Below are positions 1 to 10,853 of a DNA stretch of 64,000 bases, in pieces. The DNA is from Nitrosopumilus sp. Its GTDB lineage: Archaea; Thermoproteota; Nitrososphaeria; Nitrososphaerales; Nitrosopumilaceae. Location: NCBI GenBank assembly GCA_965238275.1, contig OZ250186.1, positions 1,408,001 to 1,472,000 on the forward strand. The letters are read 5' to 3'. Made by a program: the position numbers and the translations under genes. Position 1 is the stretch's first letter. Each line of letters opens with the position of its first letter. A model generated the notes under the pieces. The model did not search any database. It saw only the letters and a list, made by a program, of their open reading frames with translations, and was not told the DNA's origin.

Positions 1-111
1 ATTCCGGAGGCGGCAGGCATGTACGCGCCATGTCGGGGGCTCAAACCATGACGCCGAAGGTTTGTGGATGGGACTCATGCCGCACGCCCACTGTACACAC
101 CGTGCCTGATC

Positions 112-348
112 CTAGTCGCGTTTCTTCTTCTTTCTTTTGTCAGGCGCCTTTTTCACCTGTGTCAAAAAGAGGTATGCAAAGAATGCGCCCAGCCCAAAGT
201 TGACGACCCCCAAAAACGTAATAATTAGAGTTGTAGTCGGAGGCGCCACCACCAGCCCGACGGCCATGCCCATCGTGCCGGTTGCAAAGAACATCAGCAT
301 TAAAATCTTGACCCTTCTTGGCTCAATGTATCTCATAGCAAATATCAC
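112..348 (-). CDS. small two-TM membrane protein, hypothetical
   Basis: 78-aa ORF with two hydrophobic segments and a basic tail (PDKRKKKKRD). Confidence 0.7.
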   Translation of the reverse strand: MIFAMRYIEPRRVKILMLMFFATGTMGMAVGLVVAPPTTTLIITFLGVVNFGLGAFFAYLFLTQVKKAPDKRKKKKRD

Positions 349-470
349 GTCACATTACTATTATAAATTGACGATGGTGCACCCGACGGAATTGCGTGAG
401 TGGCAGGTGCGGACCGCGACCGGGGCTTACATCCGGCCTGTCAAAGGAATCGGGAAATTGTACCTCCCTA

Positions 471-480
471 ACACTTTAAA
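471..480 (+). promoter_or_regulatory. putative TATA box of tRNA gene
   Basis: ACACTTTAAA about 27 nt upstream of the tRNA 5' end. Confidence 0.5.
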
Positions 481-506
481 CCTTCAAAAATTTCATTTTA
501 CATCGT

Positions 507-581
507 GCCAATGTAGCTCAGCCTGGCTAGAGCATTCGCCTTGTAAGCGAAAGGTCGTGGGTTCGGATCCCGCCATTGGCT
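507..581 (+). tRNA. tRNA-Thr(UGU)
   Basis: Acceptor stem GCCAATG/CATTGGC, anticodon arm TTCGC-CTTGTAA-GCGAA, T-arm GGTTCGGATCC; no encoded CCA. Confidence 0.95.
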
Positions 582-680
582 TTTAGTTATTCTGGTTCGT
601 CCTGCAGCCCGCCGTGCTTCCGGGAAGCACCACACCCTGCATGCAAAGCCGGAACCATAACGGTCATGTCCGGGATCACT

Positions 681-706
681 GCCTGCCTGCCTGCCTGCCT
701 GCCTGC
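681..706. repeat. (GCCT)n microsatellite
   Basis: gcctgcctgcctgcctgcctgcctgc; shorter copy at about 51733-51753. Confidence 0.9.
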
Positions 707-777
707 AGGTTCATCGGCTCCAGCCTGAATCCGACTGTTCCGGTTCAATACGATTAATTATGTCATAAATTGAACAG

Positions 778-1740
778 GTGACTGTGAGTAGCACAGATCC
801 TGATGATAACACCAAGGAAACCGTTCCGGATGCATCATCATCATCATCATCATCTGATGGCAAGGATGCCGTTGCAGACGATCTCCGGGACTCGCACGCT
901 GCACCTGATGACACCGTCAAGCAGTCTGATGCCCCCAAGGCAGACACTGGATCGGCCACCCGACATACAACCGTAAAGAATCCCCTGTCCGGCGGACTGG
1001 TCATGGGGCTGATAGTGGCAGTAGGAGTCGCTGCATTCTTTGCAGGATACTATGCCTCTGATGTCGGCTCCAATGCGATTACACAAGATGATCTCAACGA
1101 CGCCCTGTCCAACCTGGAGCTTAGGATGATGCAGAACATGATGCCTGCAGGCCAGCAGCAGCAGCCGCCCGAACCGCCGGTGCAGATATCTGCCGACGAC
1201 GATCCCGTGCTGGGTGATCCGAACGCGCCAATCACGATAATCGAGTTTTCAGACTTTCAGTGCCCGTTCTGCGCCAGATTCAGCACCCAGACGCTGCCGC
1301 TGCTTTTGGAGGAGTACATTGACCGCGGCGATGTAAAACTGGTCTACAGGGACTTTCCACTCCAGAACAGTCATCCAAACGCGGTACCTGCGGCCGTGGC
1401 AGCAGAGTGCGCACACGAGCAGGGACAGTTCAAACCGATGCATGACCTGCTCTTTGAGAACCAGGCCCAATGGAGCCCGCAGGAGACCATTCAGGCAGTC
1501 TCGACATTCAGCCAGTATGCTGCACAGATTCAACTGGATCAGGAAGTATTTGATACGTGCCTTACGACCGGCAAGTACGTAAACGAGGTTCGAATGGATC
1601 TGGAGGACGGAAGAATCTATGGAATCTCTGGAACCCCGGGATTCTTCATAGGCAATGACGATCTGGGGTACGTGGAGATATCAGGAGCCCAGCCGTTTGA
1701 GAACTTCAAGAGGGTCATTGATGCCCAGCTTGGGGTATGA
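778..1740 (+). CDS. membrane-anchored DsbA-family thioredoxin-fold oxidoreductase
   Basis: EFSDFQCPFC CXXC motif, GISGTPGFFIG, GAQPF; one N-terminal TM segment. Confidence 0.9.
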   Translation: MTVSSTDPDDNTKETVPDASSSSSSSDGKDAVADDLRDSHAAPDDTVKQSDAPKADTGSATRHTTVKNPLSGGLVMGLIVAVGVAAFFAGYYASDVGSNAITQDDLNDALSNLELRMMQNMMPAGQQQQPPEPPVQISADDDPVLGDPNAPITIIEFSDFQCPFCARFSTQTLPLLLEEYIDRGDVKLVYRDFPLQNSHPNAVPAAVAAECAHEQGQFKPMHDLLFENQAQWSPQETIQAVSTFSQYAAQIQLDQEVFDTCLTTGKYVNEVRMDLEDGRIYGISGTPGFFIGNDDLGYVEISGAQPFENFKRVIDAQLGV

Positions 1741-1854
1741 CTGGCGTGGTGGACATACGGCATCCATTTAATCCAGCGTGACGACTGACCTGCACTAAAA
1801 CACGACATTGGAACGATACGAAAGCAAATTAAGCCGAATCATGCCACCCATACC

Positions 1855-2142
1855 ATGTTTGTAATGATGGCCGACATTCAACTCAGGGATGGCATCGAGG
1901 ATGACTTTAAGGAGTGGTTCTCAGAATCAAACCGGATCCTCTCAAAGTTTCCCGGATTCATCTCGCGGCGCCTTTTGCAGTCCAGCAACAACAACTCCTA
2001 CCGTGTCATAGTGGAGCATGAGACCCGGGAATCCTTTGTCCAAATGCACCAGAGCCCAGAACACGAAAAGGTTCACCCCGTTGGAAGATCCTTTATGACC
2101 TCAGACCCGGCGCGGGAGACGTTTTCAGTGGTAGCCAAGTGA
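1855..2142 (+). CDS. antibiotic biosynthesis monooxygenase (ABM) family protein
   Basis: About 95 aa, FPGFISRRLL motif, dimeric alpha/beta barrel pattern. Confidence 0.8.
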   Translation: MFVMMADIQLRDGIEDDFKEWFSESNRILSKFPGFISRRLLQSSNNNSYRVIVEHETRESFVQMHQSPEHEKVHPVGRSFMTSDPARETFSVVAK

Positions 2143-2143
2143 G

Positions 2144-2461
2144 TTGAAGTACAAATACAGCCTGTCCGAATGCCTCAAGGAGACAGGCAGCGACTCTTAT
2201 TTTTACACCTTTATCAGCAGGCCCGGCCTGGCAGCCGGGGTCTTGGTTCTTGGGCCCGGGCAGCAAGACACGCAGGAGCCGCATGACAGTGACGAGGTGT
2301 ATCTGGTGCTCTCCGGCGACGGGTTCCTGAGAATCGGGAACCGGGACCACAAGGTCTCAAAGGATACGATCTTTTTTGTGCCAGGGAACACGCCGCACCA
2401 CTTCCATGGAAACACCGCTGATCTCAGGGTCCTGTACTTTTTTGGCGGCCCCGATTCCTGA
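2144..2461 (+). CDS. cupin domain protein
   Basis: PHDSDEVYLVLSGDG and FVPGNTPHHF cupin motifs. Confidence 0.85.
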   Translation: MKYKYSLSECLKETGSDSYFYTFISRPGLAAGVLVLGPGQQDTQEPHDSDEVYLVLSGDGFLRIGNRDHKVSKDTIFFVPGNTPHHFHGNTADLRVLYFFGGPDS

Positions 2462-2662
2462 CAGGTACCACTGCTACTACTACTACTACTATTACAGAGA
2501 CGCTCAGGGCCGCCATACCTGAAACAATCCCGGGACGAATGCCATACTGCCGCACCGCCATAAATCGGGATCTGCGTGCCTGAAACCTGCAGGCCGGAGG
2601 CGCAAACCTGTCATTTATATCAAATCCAATTGCCACCCTCCTCGTTGTCCCGACAGATAGCC

Positions 2663-3628
2663 ATGACCAAGAACGGAATCCTGTGCAGCATTGGCCGAAG
2701 GCGCATCCTGCTGGATCCCAAGACTGCCGATCCCTCGGGCATCAATTTTGTCTCCCATGCCCATTCTGACCACCTTCCGTCCAGAAACGGCGGGGCCATC
2801 CTTGCCTCAGACGAGACAAGCCAGATATCCAGCCTCAGGGGGTTTGTAATGGAGAACAACGTGGATTCCCTTGAGGGCTTTTCCATGATTGACAGCGGAC
2901 ACGTTCTTGGCTCAAGGGGGGTACTCTTTGATGACGTCTTTTACACAGGGGACATCTGCACCCGGAGCCGCGGCTTTCTTCGTGGCGCCAGGGTGCCAAA
3001 ATGCAAGACACTAATCACAGAATGCACGTTCGGGCTGCCGGAGTTTGAGTTTCCTAGGGTAGATGAGATTCAAAGGCAGGTCAACCAGACAATATCTGAA
3101 CTGTATGGCAGGGGAATACCCGTGATTCTAATGGGGTACCAGCTTGGAAAGGCCCAGACCATCACCGATCTCTTTGGACACTGGGAGCCGCTATACCTTC
3201 ACGACTCCGTAAGGGAGATGAACCTGCTACATCAGAAGTTCGGCATCCCGCTCAAGGACGGAATGGGCCACTCGGAGGCCGAAAGGCGGGGACTGCTTGA
3301 AAAGAAGCCCTGGGTGATGGTGGCGCCGATGATGTCAGGCAAGAACGGGTTCATCCAGGACATGAAGTCAAGATACGGGGCAGTAACGATTGGATTCAGC
3401 GGGTGGGCAAAGTCTGCCAGGTTCTCCTTTGGAAGGCGGACAGACTATTCCATGCCCATGAGCGACCACTGTGACTTTGGCGACCTCGTGGGGATGGTGG
3501 TGCGATCCGGGGCAGAAAAGGTCTACACCATTCACGGGTTTGTAGACGAGTTTGCAAAGCACCTGAGGGGCATGGGAATCGACGCAAAGGCGTTAAAGGC
3601 AGGAACGCTCGACGATCTTACTTTGTGA
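2663..3628 (+). CDS. metallo-beta-lactamase/beta-CASP fold exonuclease
   Basis: SHAHSDH, SGHVLGS, YTGD, ECTFG, SDHCD, IHGF; ATG at 2663 taken as start. Confidence 0.85.
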   Translation: MTKNGILCSIGRRRILLDPKTADPSGINFVSHAHSDHLPSRNGGAILASDETSQISSLRGFVMENNVDSLEGFSMIDSGHVLGSRGVLFDDVFYTGDICTRSRGFLRGARVPKCKTLITECTFGLPEFEFPRVDEIQRQVNQTISELYGRGIPVILMGYQLGKAQTITDLFGHWEPLYLHDSVREMNLLHQKFGIPLKDGMGHSEAERRGLLEKKPWVMVAPMMSGKNGFIQDMKSRYGAVTIGFSGWAKSARFSFGRRTDYSMPMSDHCDFGDLVGMVVRSGAEKVYTIHGFVDEFAKHLRGMGIDAKALKAGTLDDLTL

Positions 3629-4127
3629 ACTTGCCACACCTGCAGTCTGCAACCAGGCATGTCTCTGAGTTTCTGACGTGATCATGCAAAAAGTGCTTGC
3701 ATTTGCTGTTCTTGCATATTCTGCGGGTGGCCTCCCTTTGCACCACCCTCCTTGCAATCTCGTTTGCCTTCTCCTTCGGGTATCCCCTCTTGTCCATGTA
3801 GTAGTGGACCACCCTGTTGTACAGCATGTCCGGCCTGAACTGTTTTTCTAACAACACTTCCTCCTGTTGCCCCTCCGGAACCTGGACTCGGTATGGCAGA
3901 TGCAACTGCAGGACTCCACGCCGCACAGCGTCGTGCTGTTGTTCATTACCCCGTATGCGCAGTCGTGCTATTTCAAGTGCTCCCTTTTTTGGTTCTGTTA
4001 CCTTGGCAGAAGAGGAGGAGGAAGAAGAAGAGGAGGATGAGGAGGGGGAAGTCTGTGTGTTACATTTCGGGAGGGAATGGTAAATCGATAGCAGGTAAAA
4101 CTGCCCGACTGTTCTAGGTGGCCCCAC
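3618..4127 (-). CDS. conserved hypothetical protein with C-terminal Cys/His cluster (true start probably near 3956)
   Basis: C-terminal CKNSKCKH..H...C....C.C; the 5' part of the ORF runs through a repeat and a poly-Ser tract and is probably non-coding. Confidence 0.6.
   Translation of the reverse strand: MGPPRTVGQFYLLSIYHSLPKCNTQTSPSSSSSSSSSSSSAKVTEPKKGALEIARLRIRGNEQQHDAVRRGVLQLHLPYRVQVPEGQQEEVLLEKQFRPDMLYNRVVHYYMDKRGYPKEKANEIARRVVQREATRRICKNSKCKHFLHDHVRNSETCLVADCRCGKFTK
3991..4083. repeat. dispersed repeat copy 1 with GAG/GAA microsatellite expansion
   Basis: GGTTCTGTTACCTTGGC...GGGGGAAGTCTGTGTGTTACATTTCGGG matches 20607-20665. Confidence 0.7.
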
Positions 4128-4171
4128 ACACTACTGGGAATAAATTCTTAAATAATGTATTTTGACATATA

Positions 4172-7100
4172 GTGCGGATTAATTTGGAATTTCGCATGGG
4201 CATGCCAGCGCATCCCTACATCTGCATGATGCTGCTTTTTGCCCTTGTCGCCGTGCCGGTATCATCAGCAGCCCAAGTTGAAGCGGACGGGGAGCCGTTT
4301 GTCACCACCTGGCGCACCACTACCCCGGACGAGTCCATAACCATCCCCGGATCCGGCACGTACACTATTGACTGGGGCGACGGAGCTGTATCTGCTGATG
4401 TCTCAGGGAGTCAGACTCACGAATATGCCGAACCCAGAGATTACCAGGTCCGCATATCAGGCGACTTTTCAGGCATCCATCTCAGAGGCGATCCAAACGC
4501 GGCAAAACTGCGATCCATAGATCAGTGGGGTGAGATGCAGTGGAGGTCAATGAGCTCGGCGTTTTCAGGCGCGTCAAACATGGTATATCGCGCAACCGAC
4601 ATACCGGATCTCTCGGCTGTGACCTACACGAATCAGATGTTTCAGGGTGCCACCTCCTTTGACGGCGACCTCTCTGGATGGAATGTCTCGGAGGTAATCA
4701 ACATGAGTCAAATGTTCTTTAATGCCATCTCCTTTGACGGCGACCTCTCTGACTGGGATGTCTCGTCTGTAAACGACATGAGGAGTATGTTTGCCCACGC
4801 CACCTCTTTTGACGGCGACCTCTCTGGATGGAATGTCTCGGAGGTAACCAACATGGTCAATATGTTCTATCTTGCCTCCTCATTCAACAGCGACATATCT
4901 GACTGGGACACCTCGTCGGTAACATCCATGCGCTGGTTGCTTGCCCAGGCCTCCTCATTCAACAGCGACATATCTGACTGGGACACCTCGTCGGTAACTG
5001 ACATGCGTAATATGTTCTGGAATGTCTCCTCATTCAACGGCGACATTTCAAAATGGGACACCTCGTCGGTAAACAACATGAGGATGATGTTCAACGGTGC
5101 CTCCTCATTCAACAGCGACATATCTGACTGGGACACCTCGTCGGTAACTGACATGAGCGTGATGTTCGCCTTTACCTCCTTTGACGGCGACATTTCAAAA
5201 TGGGACACCTCGTCTGTCGTCAACATGTTCAGCATGTTCTCCGGGGCCACCTCCTTCAACGGCGACATTTCAAAATGGGACACCTCGTCGGTAACTGACA
5301 TGCGCGTGATGTTCCTCGATGCCTCCTCCTTTGACGGCGACATTTCAAAATGGGACACCTCGTCTGTAAGCACGATGACCTGGATGTTCCTCGATGCCTC
5401 CTCATTCAACAGTGACATCTCTGACTGGGACGTATCATCTGCAACCGACATGCAAGCTATGTTCCACCGTGCCCCCTCATTCAACCAAGACTTGGGGAAA
5501 TGGTACATCGTGCTTGAGGATTCTGCCATTGACCCTTCCACTGGAATAATCGGAAACATTGCCGCGCAGAATTCGTACCTTGACGGGCAGAATCCCACGT
5601 ACGGTATAGGCTCCGGCGAGGGCGCCGAGTTCTTTGAGATGGACGGATCCACCCTAAAGCTAAGCGGGTCCCCGACCAGCCCGATCCATACAGTCACCAT
5701 AACTGCTACTGGTGATATCTTTGGTACGGACAACTCCCGCATACTTGACATATCCGTGGACGGCACGCCCGCGCCCCCGGTTCCCGCCGACGGTGATCCC
5801 TTTGTCACCACTTGGCGCACCACATCCCCCGGCGAGTCGATAACCATCCCGGTTGGCGGCACCTCAGACACGTATACGGTAGACTGGGGAGATGGGACCG
5901 TATCCGAGGATGTCTCGGGGGATCAGACCCACGCATATTCCGTTGCCGGAGATCACACGGTCAGCATATATGGCGATTTTACAAGAATTTATCTAAACGG
6001 CAAGCAACCCAATGCGAACAAACTACAGTCGATAGACCAGTGGGGCGACATGCAATGGGCCTCGATGAACTCGGCGTTTAGGGGCGCGACAAGCATGGCA
6101 TACGCGGCAGACGACGTACCTGATCTCTCTGCCGTGACCGATATGAGCCGGATGTTTTATGGCGTCTCATCATTCAACGGCGACGTCTCCGGCTGGGACG
6201 TCTCGTCGGTGACTAGCATGTTGGGAATATTTGAAGGAACCTCCGGCTTTAGCGGCGACGTCTCCGGCTGGGACGTCTCGTCGGTTACCGACATGTCGGA
6301 GATGTTTGATGGTACCTCCGGCTTTAGCGGCGACGTCTCCGGCTGGGACGTCTCGTCGGTTACCGACATGTCGGAGATGTTTGATGGTACCTCCGGCTTT
6401 AGCGGCGACGTCTCCGGCTGGGACGTCTCGTCGGTTACCGACATGTCGGGGATGTTCTTCGGTATCAACTCATTCAATAGCGATGTCTCCGGGTGGGACG
6501 TCTCGTCGGTTACCGACATGCATGACATGTTCGCCTTGGCAGATTCCTTTGACGGCGACATCTCCGGGTGGGGCATCTCGTCGGTTACCGACATGCATGG
6601 CATGTTCCAAGATGCAGACTCTTTTGACGGCAACCTCTCCGGGTGGGACACCTCGTCGGTAACCGACATGGACAGTATGTTTGCAGGTGCCTCCTCCTTC
6701 AACACGGACATCTCCGGGTGGGACACCTCGTCGGTAACCGACATGGACAGTATGTTTGCAGGTGCCTCCTCCTTCAACACGGACATATCCGGCTGGGACG
6801 TCTCGTCGGTTACCGGCATGGACAGTATGTTTGCAGGTGCCTCCTCCTTCAACACGGACATCTCCGGGTGGGACACCTCGTCGGTAACCGACATGCGCAG
6901 TATGTTTGCAGGTGCCTCCTCCTTCAACACGGACATATCCGGCTGGGACACCTCGTCGGTTACCGGCATGGACAGTATGTTTGCAGGTGCCTCCTCCTTC
7001 AACACGGACATATCCGGCTGGGACACCTCGTCGGTTACCGGCATGCGCAGTATGTTTGAGGGTGCCTCCTCCTTCAACACGGGCATATCCGGCTGGGACG

Positions 7101-9142
7101 TCTCGTCGGTGACTGACATGCAGGCCATGTTCGGCGGAGCCGACGAGTTTGACCAGAACCTGGGAAAATGGTACATAGTGCTCGAGGATCCCGCTGCTGA
7201 TCCCGCCGCTTCCGGAACAATCGGAAACATTGCCGCGCAGAATTCGTACCTTGACGGGCAGGATCCCACGTACGGCATAGGCTCCGGCGAGGGCGCCGAG
7301 TTCTTTGAGATGGACGGATCCACCCTAAAGATAAGCACGCCCCCGACCAGTCCAGTCGACGCCATCAACATAACTGCCGCCGGAAGAATTTTCGGCACCG
7401 ACAACTACCGCATACTTGACATATCCGTGGACGGCACGCCCGCGCCCCCGGTTCCCGCCGACGGTGATCCCTTTGTCACCACTTGGCGCACCACATCCCC
7501 CGGCGAGTCGATAACCATCCCCGCCAGGGGAGCGGCAGGCACATACTCGATAGATTGGGGCGACGGACGCGTATCTGCCAACATCACAGGAGGCCAGACA
7601 CACACGTATGACGATGCCGGAACACATACAGTCAGCATATCCGGCGACTTTACGAGAATTTATCTTGCAGACCAGGAATCCAACGCGCAAAAACTGCAGT
7701 CGATAGAACAGTGGGGCGGCATTCAATGGGAGTCCATGGGCTCAGCGTTCAGGGGCGCCTCAAACATGGCATACAACGCGACTGACGCCCCCGATCTCTC
7801 ACGCGTCACCTACATGGAGCGCATGTTTGCAGGAGCGTCCTCCTTTGACGGCGACCTCTCGAATTGGGACGTCTCTGGCGTGACCGACATGTCGTACCTG
7901 TTCCAAGACGCGACCTCGTTTGACTCCGACCTGTCTGACTGGGACGTCTCGCGCGTGACGGACATGGACGGAATGTTCTGGAACGCGACCTCGTTTGACT
8001 CCGACCTGTCTGACTGGGACGTCTCGCGCGCCACCAACATGTACGGCATGTTTGCAAGTGCCAGCTCCTTTGACTCCGACCTGTCTGACTGGGACGTCTC
8101 GCGCGTGACGGACATGGCCAACATGTTCAACCGCGCCAGCTCCTTTGATTCTGACCTCTTGGATTGGGACGTCTCGCGCGTCACCAACATGTACGCCATG
8201 TTTTCAATCGCCAGCTCCTTCAGCGGCGACATCGCAAACTGGAACGTCTCGCGCGTCACCGATATGGCAGACATGCTCAGGTCGACAAACTCCTTCAACA
8301 GCGACATCTCCGGCTGGGAGATCTCTAGTACGGTCCGCCTGAGTACCATGCTTTATCGCGCCGACGCGTTTGACCAAAACCTGGGTCCGTGGTATATCAT
8401 CCTGGATGACGACTCCATCAGGGGCAGCGACATACCCGGCACGGTCGGGAGCATCTCCACACGAAACCCGTACCTGGACGACCAGAACCCGTCATACGGC
8501 ATAGGCTCGGGCGGGGACTCTGCCCACTTTGAGGTTACAGGCAGCATCCTCAGGATGGTATCTGTGCCGGACGGTCACGAGGGACCCTACACGGTAAACG
8601 TAACGTCTGCCGGGGGCTACGGCACGGACAACTCCAGGACACTTGGGATAACTGTGATTCCATACAACAATACATCCCCTGACGCTGCAGTCGATCCAGA
8701 ATCTGATATCACCGTAGACACGCCAATCGACACCGGACCTACCGTGAAACCTGACCCCGTAGAGGTTGAACCCGAACCTATACCAAAATCAACCGGGGAT
8801 CCCGGATCAGTTGCAGAACCCGAACCGGTTGCAGAACCCGAACCGGTTACAGAGCCTAAGCCTACAGAGATTAAAATAGATCCAGAGAATGTTGCAAAAC
8901 CCGAACCGGCTGCAGAACCTAAGCCTACAGAGATTAAAGTGGATCCAGAACCGGGTATAGATCCCGAACCAACAGGGACGGATCCAGAAACTGCCGCAAA
9001 CACAGAGCCAACCACACAACCAGGACAGGAATCACCCACAGAACATGACGCCGCTGAAACGTGTGACACGGCCGACTGTGATTCGGATCCATTTTCACCC
9101 ATCCTCGACTGGTTTAGATCGATATTTGGATTCCTTTTCTAA
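4172..9142 (+). CDS. giant secreted BspA-family/DUF285 repeat surface protein with PKD-like domains
   Basis: Signal peptide; three modules of [17 protein letters not shown] plus 25-aa repeats ([24 protein letters not shown]); Pro/Glu-rich C-terminal linker. Confidence 0.92.
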   Translation: MRINLEFRMGMPAHPYICMMLLFALVAVPVSSAAQVEADGEPFVTTWRTTTPDESITIPGSGTYTIDWGDGAVSADVSGSQTHEYAEPRDYQVRISGDFSGIHLRGDPNAAKLRSIDQWGEMQWRSMSSAFSGASNMVYRATDIPDLSAVTYTNQMFQGATSFDGDLSGWNVSEVINMSQMFFNAISFDGDLSDWDVSSVNDMRSMFAHATSFDGDLSGWNVSEVTNMVNMFYLASSFNSDISDWDTSSVTSMRWLLAQASSFNSDISDWDTSSVTDMRNMFWNVSSFNGDISKWDTSSVNNMRMMFNGASSFNSDISDWDTSSVTDMSVMFAFTSFDGDISKWDTSSVVNMFSMFSGATSFNGDISKWDTSSVTDMRVMFLDASSFDGDISKWDTSSVSTMTWMFLDASSFNSDISDWDVSSATDMQAMFHRAPSFNQDLGKWYIVLEDSAIDPSTGIIGNIAAQNSYLDGQNPTYGIGSGEGAEFFEMDGSTLKLSGSPTSPIHTVTITATGDIFGTDNSRILDISVDGTPAPPVPADGDPFVTTWRTTSPGESITIPVGGTSDTYTVDWGDGTVSEDVSGDQTHAYSVAGDHTVSIYGDFTRIYLNGKQPNANKLQSIDQWGDMQWASMNSAFRGATSMAYAADDVPDLSAVTDMSRMFYGVSSFNGDVSGWDVSSVTSMLGIFEGTSGFSGDVSGWDVSSVTDMSEMFDGTSGFSGDVSGWDVSSVTDMSEMFDGTSGFSGDVSGWDVSSVTDMSGMFFGINSFNSDVSGWDVSSVTDMHDMFALADSFDGDISGWGISSVTDMHGMFQDADSFDGNLSGWDTSSVTDMDSMFAGASSFNTDISGWDTSSVTDMDSMFAGASSFNTDISGWDVSSVTGMDSMFAGASSFNTDISGWDTSSVTDMRSMFAGASSFNTDISGWDTSSVTGMDSMFAGASSFNTDISGWDTSSVTGMRSMFEGASSFNTGISGWDVSSVTDMQAMFGGADEFDQNLGKWYIVLEDPAADPAASGTIGNIAAQNSYLDGQDPTYGIGSGEGAEFFEMDGSTLKISTPPTSPVDAINITAAGRIFGTDNYRILDISVDGTPAPPVPADGDPFVTTWRTTSPGESITIPARGAAGTYSIDWGDGRVSANITGGQTHTYDDAGTHTVSISGDFTRIYLADQESNAQKLQSIEQWGGIQWESMGSAFRGASNMAYNATDAPDLSRVTYMERMFAGASSFDGDLSNWDVSGVTDMSYLFQDATSFDSDLSDWDVSRVTDMDGMFWNATSFDSDLSDWDVSRATNMYGMFASASSFDSDLSDWDVSRVTDMANMFNRASSFDSDLLDWDVSRVTNMYAMFSIASSFSGDIANWNVSRVTDMADMLRSTNSFNSDISGWEISSTVRLSTMLYRADAFDQNLGPWYIILDDDSIRGSDIPGTVGSISTRNPYLDDQNPSYGIGSGGDSAHFEVTGSILRMVSVPDGHEGPYTVNVTSAGGYGTDNSRTLGITVIPYNNTSPDAAVDPESDITVDTPIDTGPTVKPDPVEVEPEPIPKSTGDPGSVAEPEPVAEPEPVTEPKPTEIKIDPENVAKPEPAAEPKPTEIKVDPEPGIDPEPTGTDPETAANTEPTTQPGQESPTEHDAAETCDTADCDSDPFSPILDWFRSIFGFLF
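6171..7120 (+). repeat. 75-bp coding tandem repeats (DUF285 units), several near-identical
   Basis: Repeated ggctgggacgtctcgtcggttaccgacatg / gggacacctcgtcggtaaccgacatggacagtatg units. Confidence 0.9.
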
Positions 9143-9542
9143 GCTGCCAAGACTGTCCGGGGAACCATGACGGCTTCAACGACGACTTGATACAGACGCA
9201 TCCGGAACTAATCCGAAACGTCCACAAGAGTTACCATGCTTGTCCGGTACGTTTCAAATTCCCCTGAGGCACCTTGATTTTTTTTAATAGTTGACTCATC
9301 TAACTCTAACTGAATCATGCCAGCTGTCTTTTTTGGAATAAATAAAGTAAGAGGTCACGTGTTTCCTGTTGCTGGCGTGGATTTTTTTGAATTTGGATAC
9401 TTTTCATGCCTGATATGCGCGAGGAGATGACCTCATACCACTCATGTAGGCAATGATAAAAAAATAATTCGAGTCACTAGCGTTGGGTTGGAATAATCGT
9501 ACGAATTAACCTGCATGCGTGGCGCTACTGCGGGCCGGGCAT

Positions 9543-10808
9543 TCAGGACAGGATGACTCCCACATCCATAAGGTTTGTGTGGGTGATGCCTGTCATTATG
9601 CATCCGTTGTTCCTTTGAAAGAACCCCCCCGAGTCGCTGTTTTTGAGATGCCCCTTGATGACGTCCCTGTCTGTCCTGACGTTTTCGATGATGGCTCCTG
9701 CATGGGGCGAGTTTCCGTCTATGCCGTCTGTCCCGATCGACGAGATGACGATCCTCTTTCTGCCCTGGGTGTTTTTCAGTATCCTCAAGACGATCTCCTG
9801 GGCCCTTCCACCGGTTCCCCTGCCTAGCACCTTTACTGTCGTCTCCCCGCCAAAGACAAGGCACGTCTTTGGCCTGTCAGGAATCCTCTCAAGAATTTCC
9901 TTTGTTGCCTCCTTGATACCCCCAAACACCTGAAGCACGGAGGTCTCGTATCCCATGTTCCTTGCAGTGTCCTCCATGGCCTTCAGGCAGTCCATGTTGT
10001 TTGCAATTACGTGGTTTCTCACAGCCCTCTCAGGCACTCCTGCAGGCTCCATGCCGCATCCTAGCACCTGCAGCACCTCGTCTGGCATCCTTCCCCTGAG
10101 CTTGTACCTCTCAAGGACGTCCATGGCATCTGCAGGCGTGGTCTCGTCCGGATGCGTCATGCCGGATGCAATTGACGAGATGTCGTCATCCTGCACGTCT
10201 GACATTATGAGGCCGATTCCGTGGCATCGCAGGTTCTCCACCATTTTGCCGCCCTTGATTCTTGACAGGTGCTTTCTGACGCAGTTGATCTCCTGGATCG
10301 TCGCGCCCGACTTGAGGAGCAGGTCCGTGGCACGGATCTTGTCCTCAAGGGTGATCCGGTCGGGCATGGCAAGGAGCGAGGATCCCCCGCCTGACACAAG
10401 AAAGACCACCAGCTCGTCACTGCGCCTGTTCTGGAGAAACTTCATGATCTCCTTTGCGGCCTTGACGCTTGTCTTGTCCGGTCTGGGGTGCCTGGCATTG
10501 AAGATTTGAAATTTTTTTCCGCGCACCCTTGATCTGGAGCCCTTGGGAATCACCACGATTCCGCTCTTTACGGGAATTATCGCATTAAACGCCTTGGTCA
10601 TGGCGTCAGCCGCCTTGCCAAACGCAATCACGTAGACATCAGAGTAGTCCCCTGTCATGACGGCCTCCCCGCCTGTGCTGATTACGCCAGGATTTACATG
10701 CCTTGGAATGATTCCTTCAGGCTGTGCCGCCTGAAGGCCCGCCTCCAGAATCCTCAGGCAGTCCCCCTTTCCCCTGGAGGTTGCAAGATCATCCAGATTC
10801 TGAATCAT
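9543..10808 (-). CDS. glycerate kinase (MOFRL/TtuD family)
   Basis: AFGKAA, LVSGGGSSL, VRKHLSRIKGG, GGETTV, GTDGIDGNS, TNLMD. Confidence 0.9.
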   Translation of the reverse strand: MIQNLDDLATSRGKGDCLRILEAGLQAAQPEGIIPRHVNPGVISTGGEAVMTGDYSDVYVIAFGKAADAMTKAFNAIIPVKSGIVVIPKGSRSRVRGKKFQIFNARHPRPDKTSVKAAKEIMKFLQNRRSDELVVFLVSGGGSSLLAMPDRITLEDKIRATDLLLKSGATIQEINCVRKHLSRIKGGKMVENLRCHGIGLIMSDVQDDDISSIASGMTHPDETTPADAMDVLERYKLRGRMPDEVLQVLGCGMEPAGVPERAVRNHVIANNMDCLKAMEDTARNMGYETSVLQVFGGIKEATKEILERIPDRPKTCLVFGGETTVKVLGRGTGGRAQEIVLRILKNTQGRKRIVISSIGTDGIDGNSPHAGAIIENVRTDRDVIKGHLKNSDSGGFFQRNNGCIMTGITHTNLMDVGVILS

Positions 10809-10853
10809 GTAACCAGTGGAAGGTATAATAATAATAAGCAATCCCAGTGTTTC

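Noticed and set aside
137-586. 149-aa plus-strand ORF
   Set aside because: Overlaps the tRNA and is antisense to a more plausible membrane protein gene
4650-8330. Regular 75-bp repeats as a CRISPR array
   Set aside because: They are in-frame coding DUF285 units with no unique spacers and no cas genes
4867-8349. Long antisense ORFs (334, 415 and 179 aa)
   Set aside because: Shadows of the repetitive BspA gene
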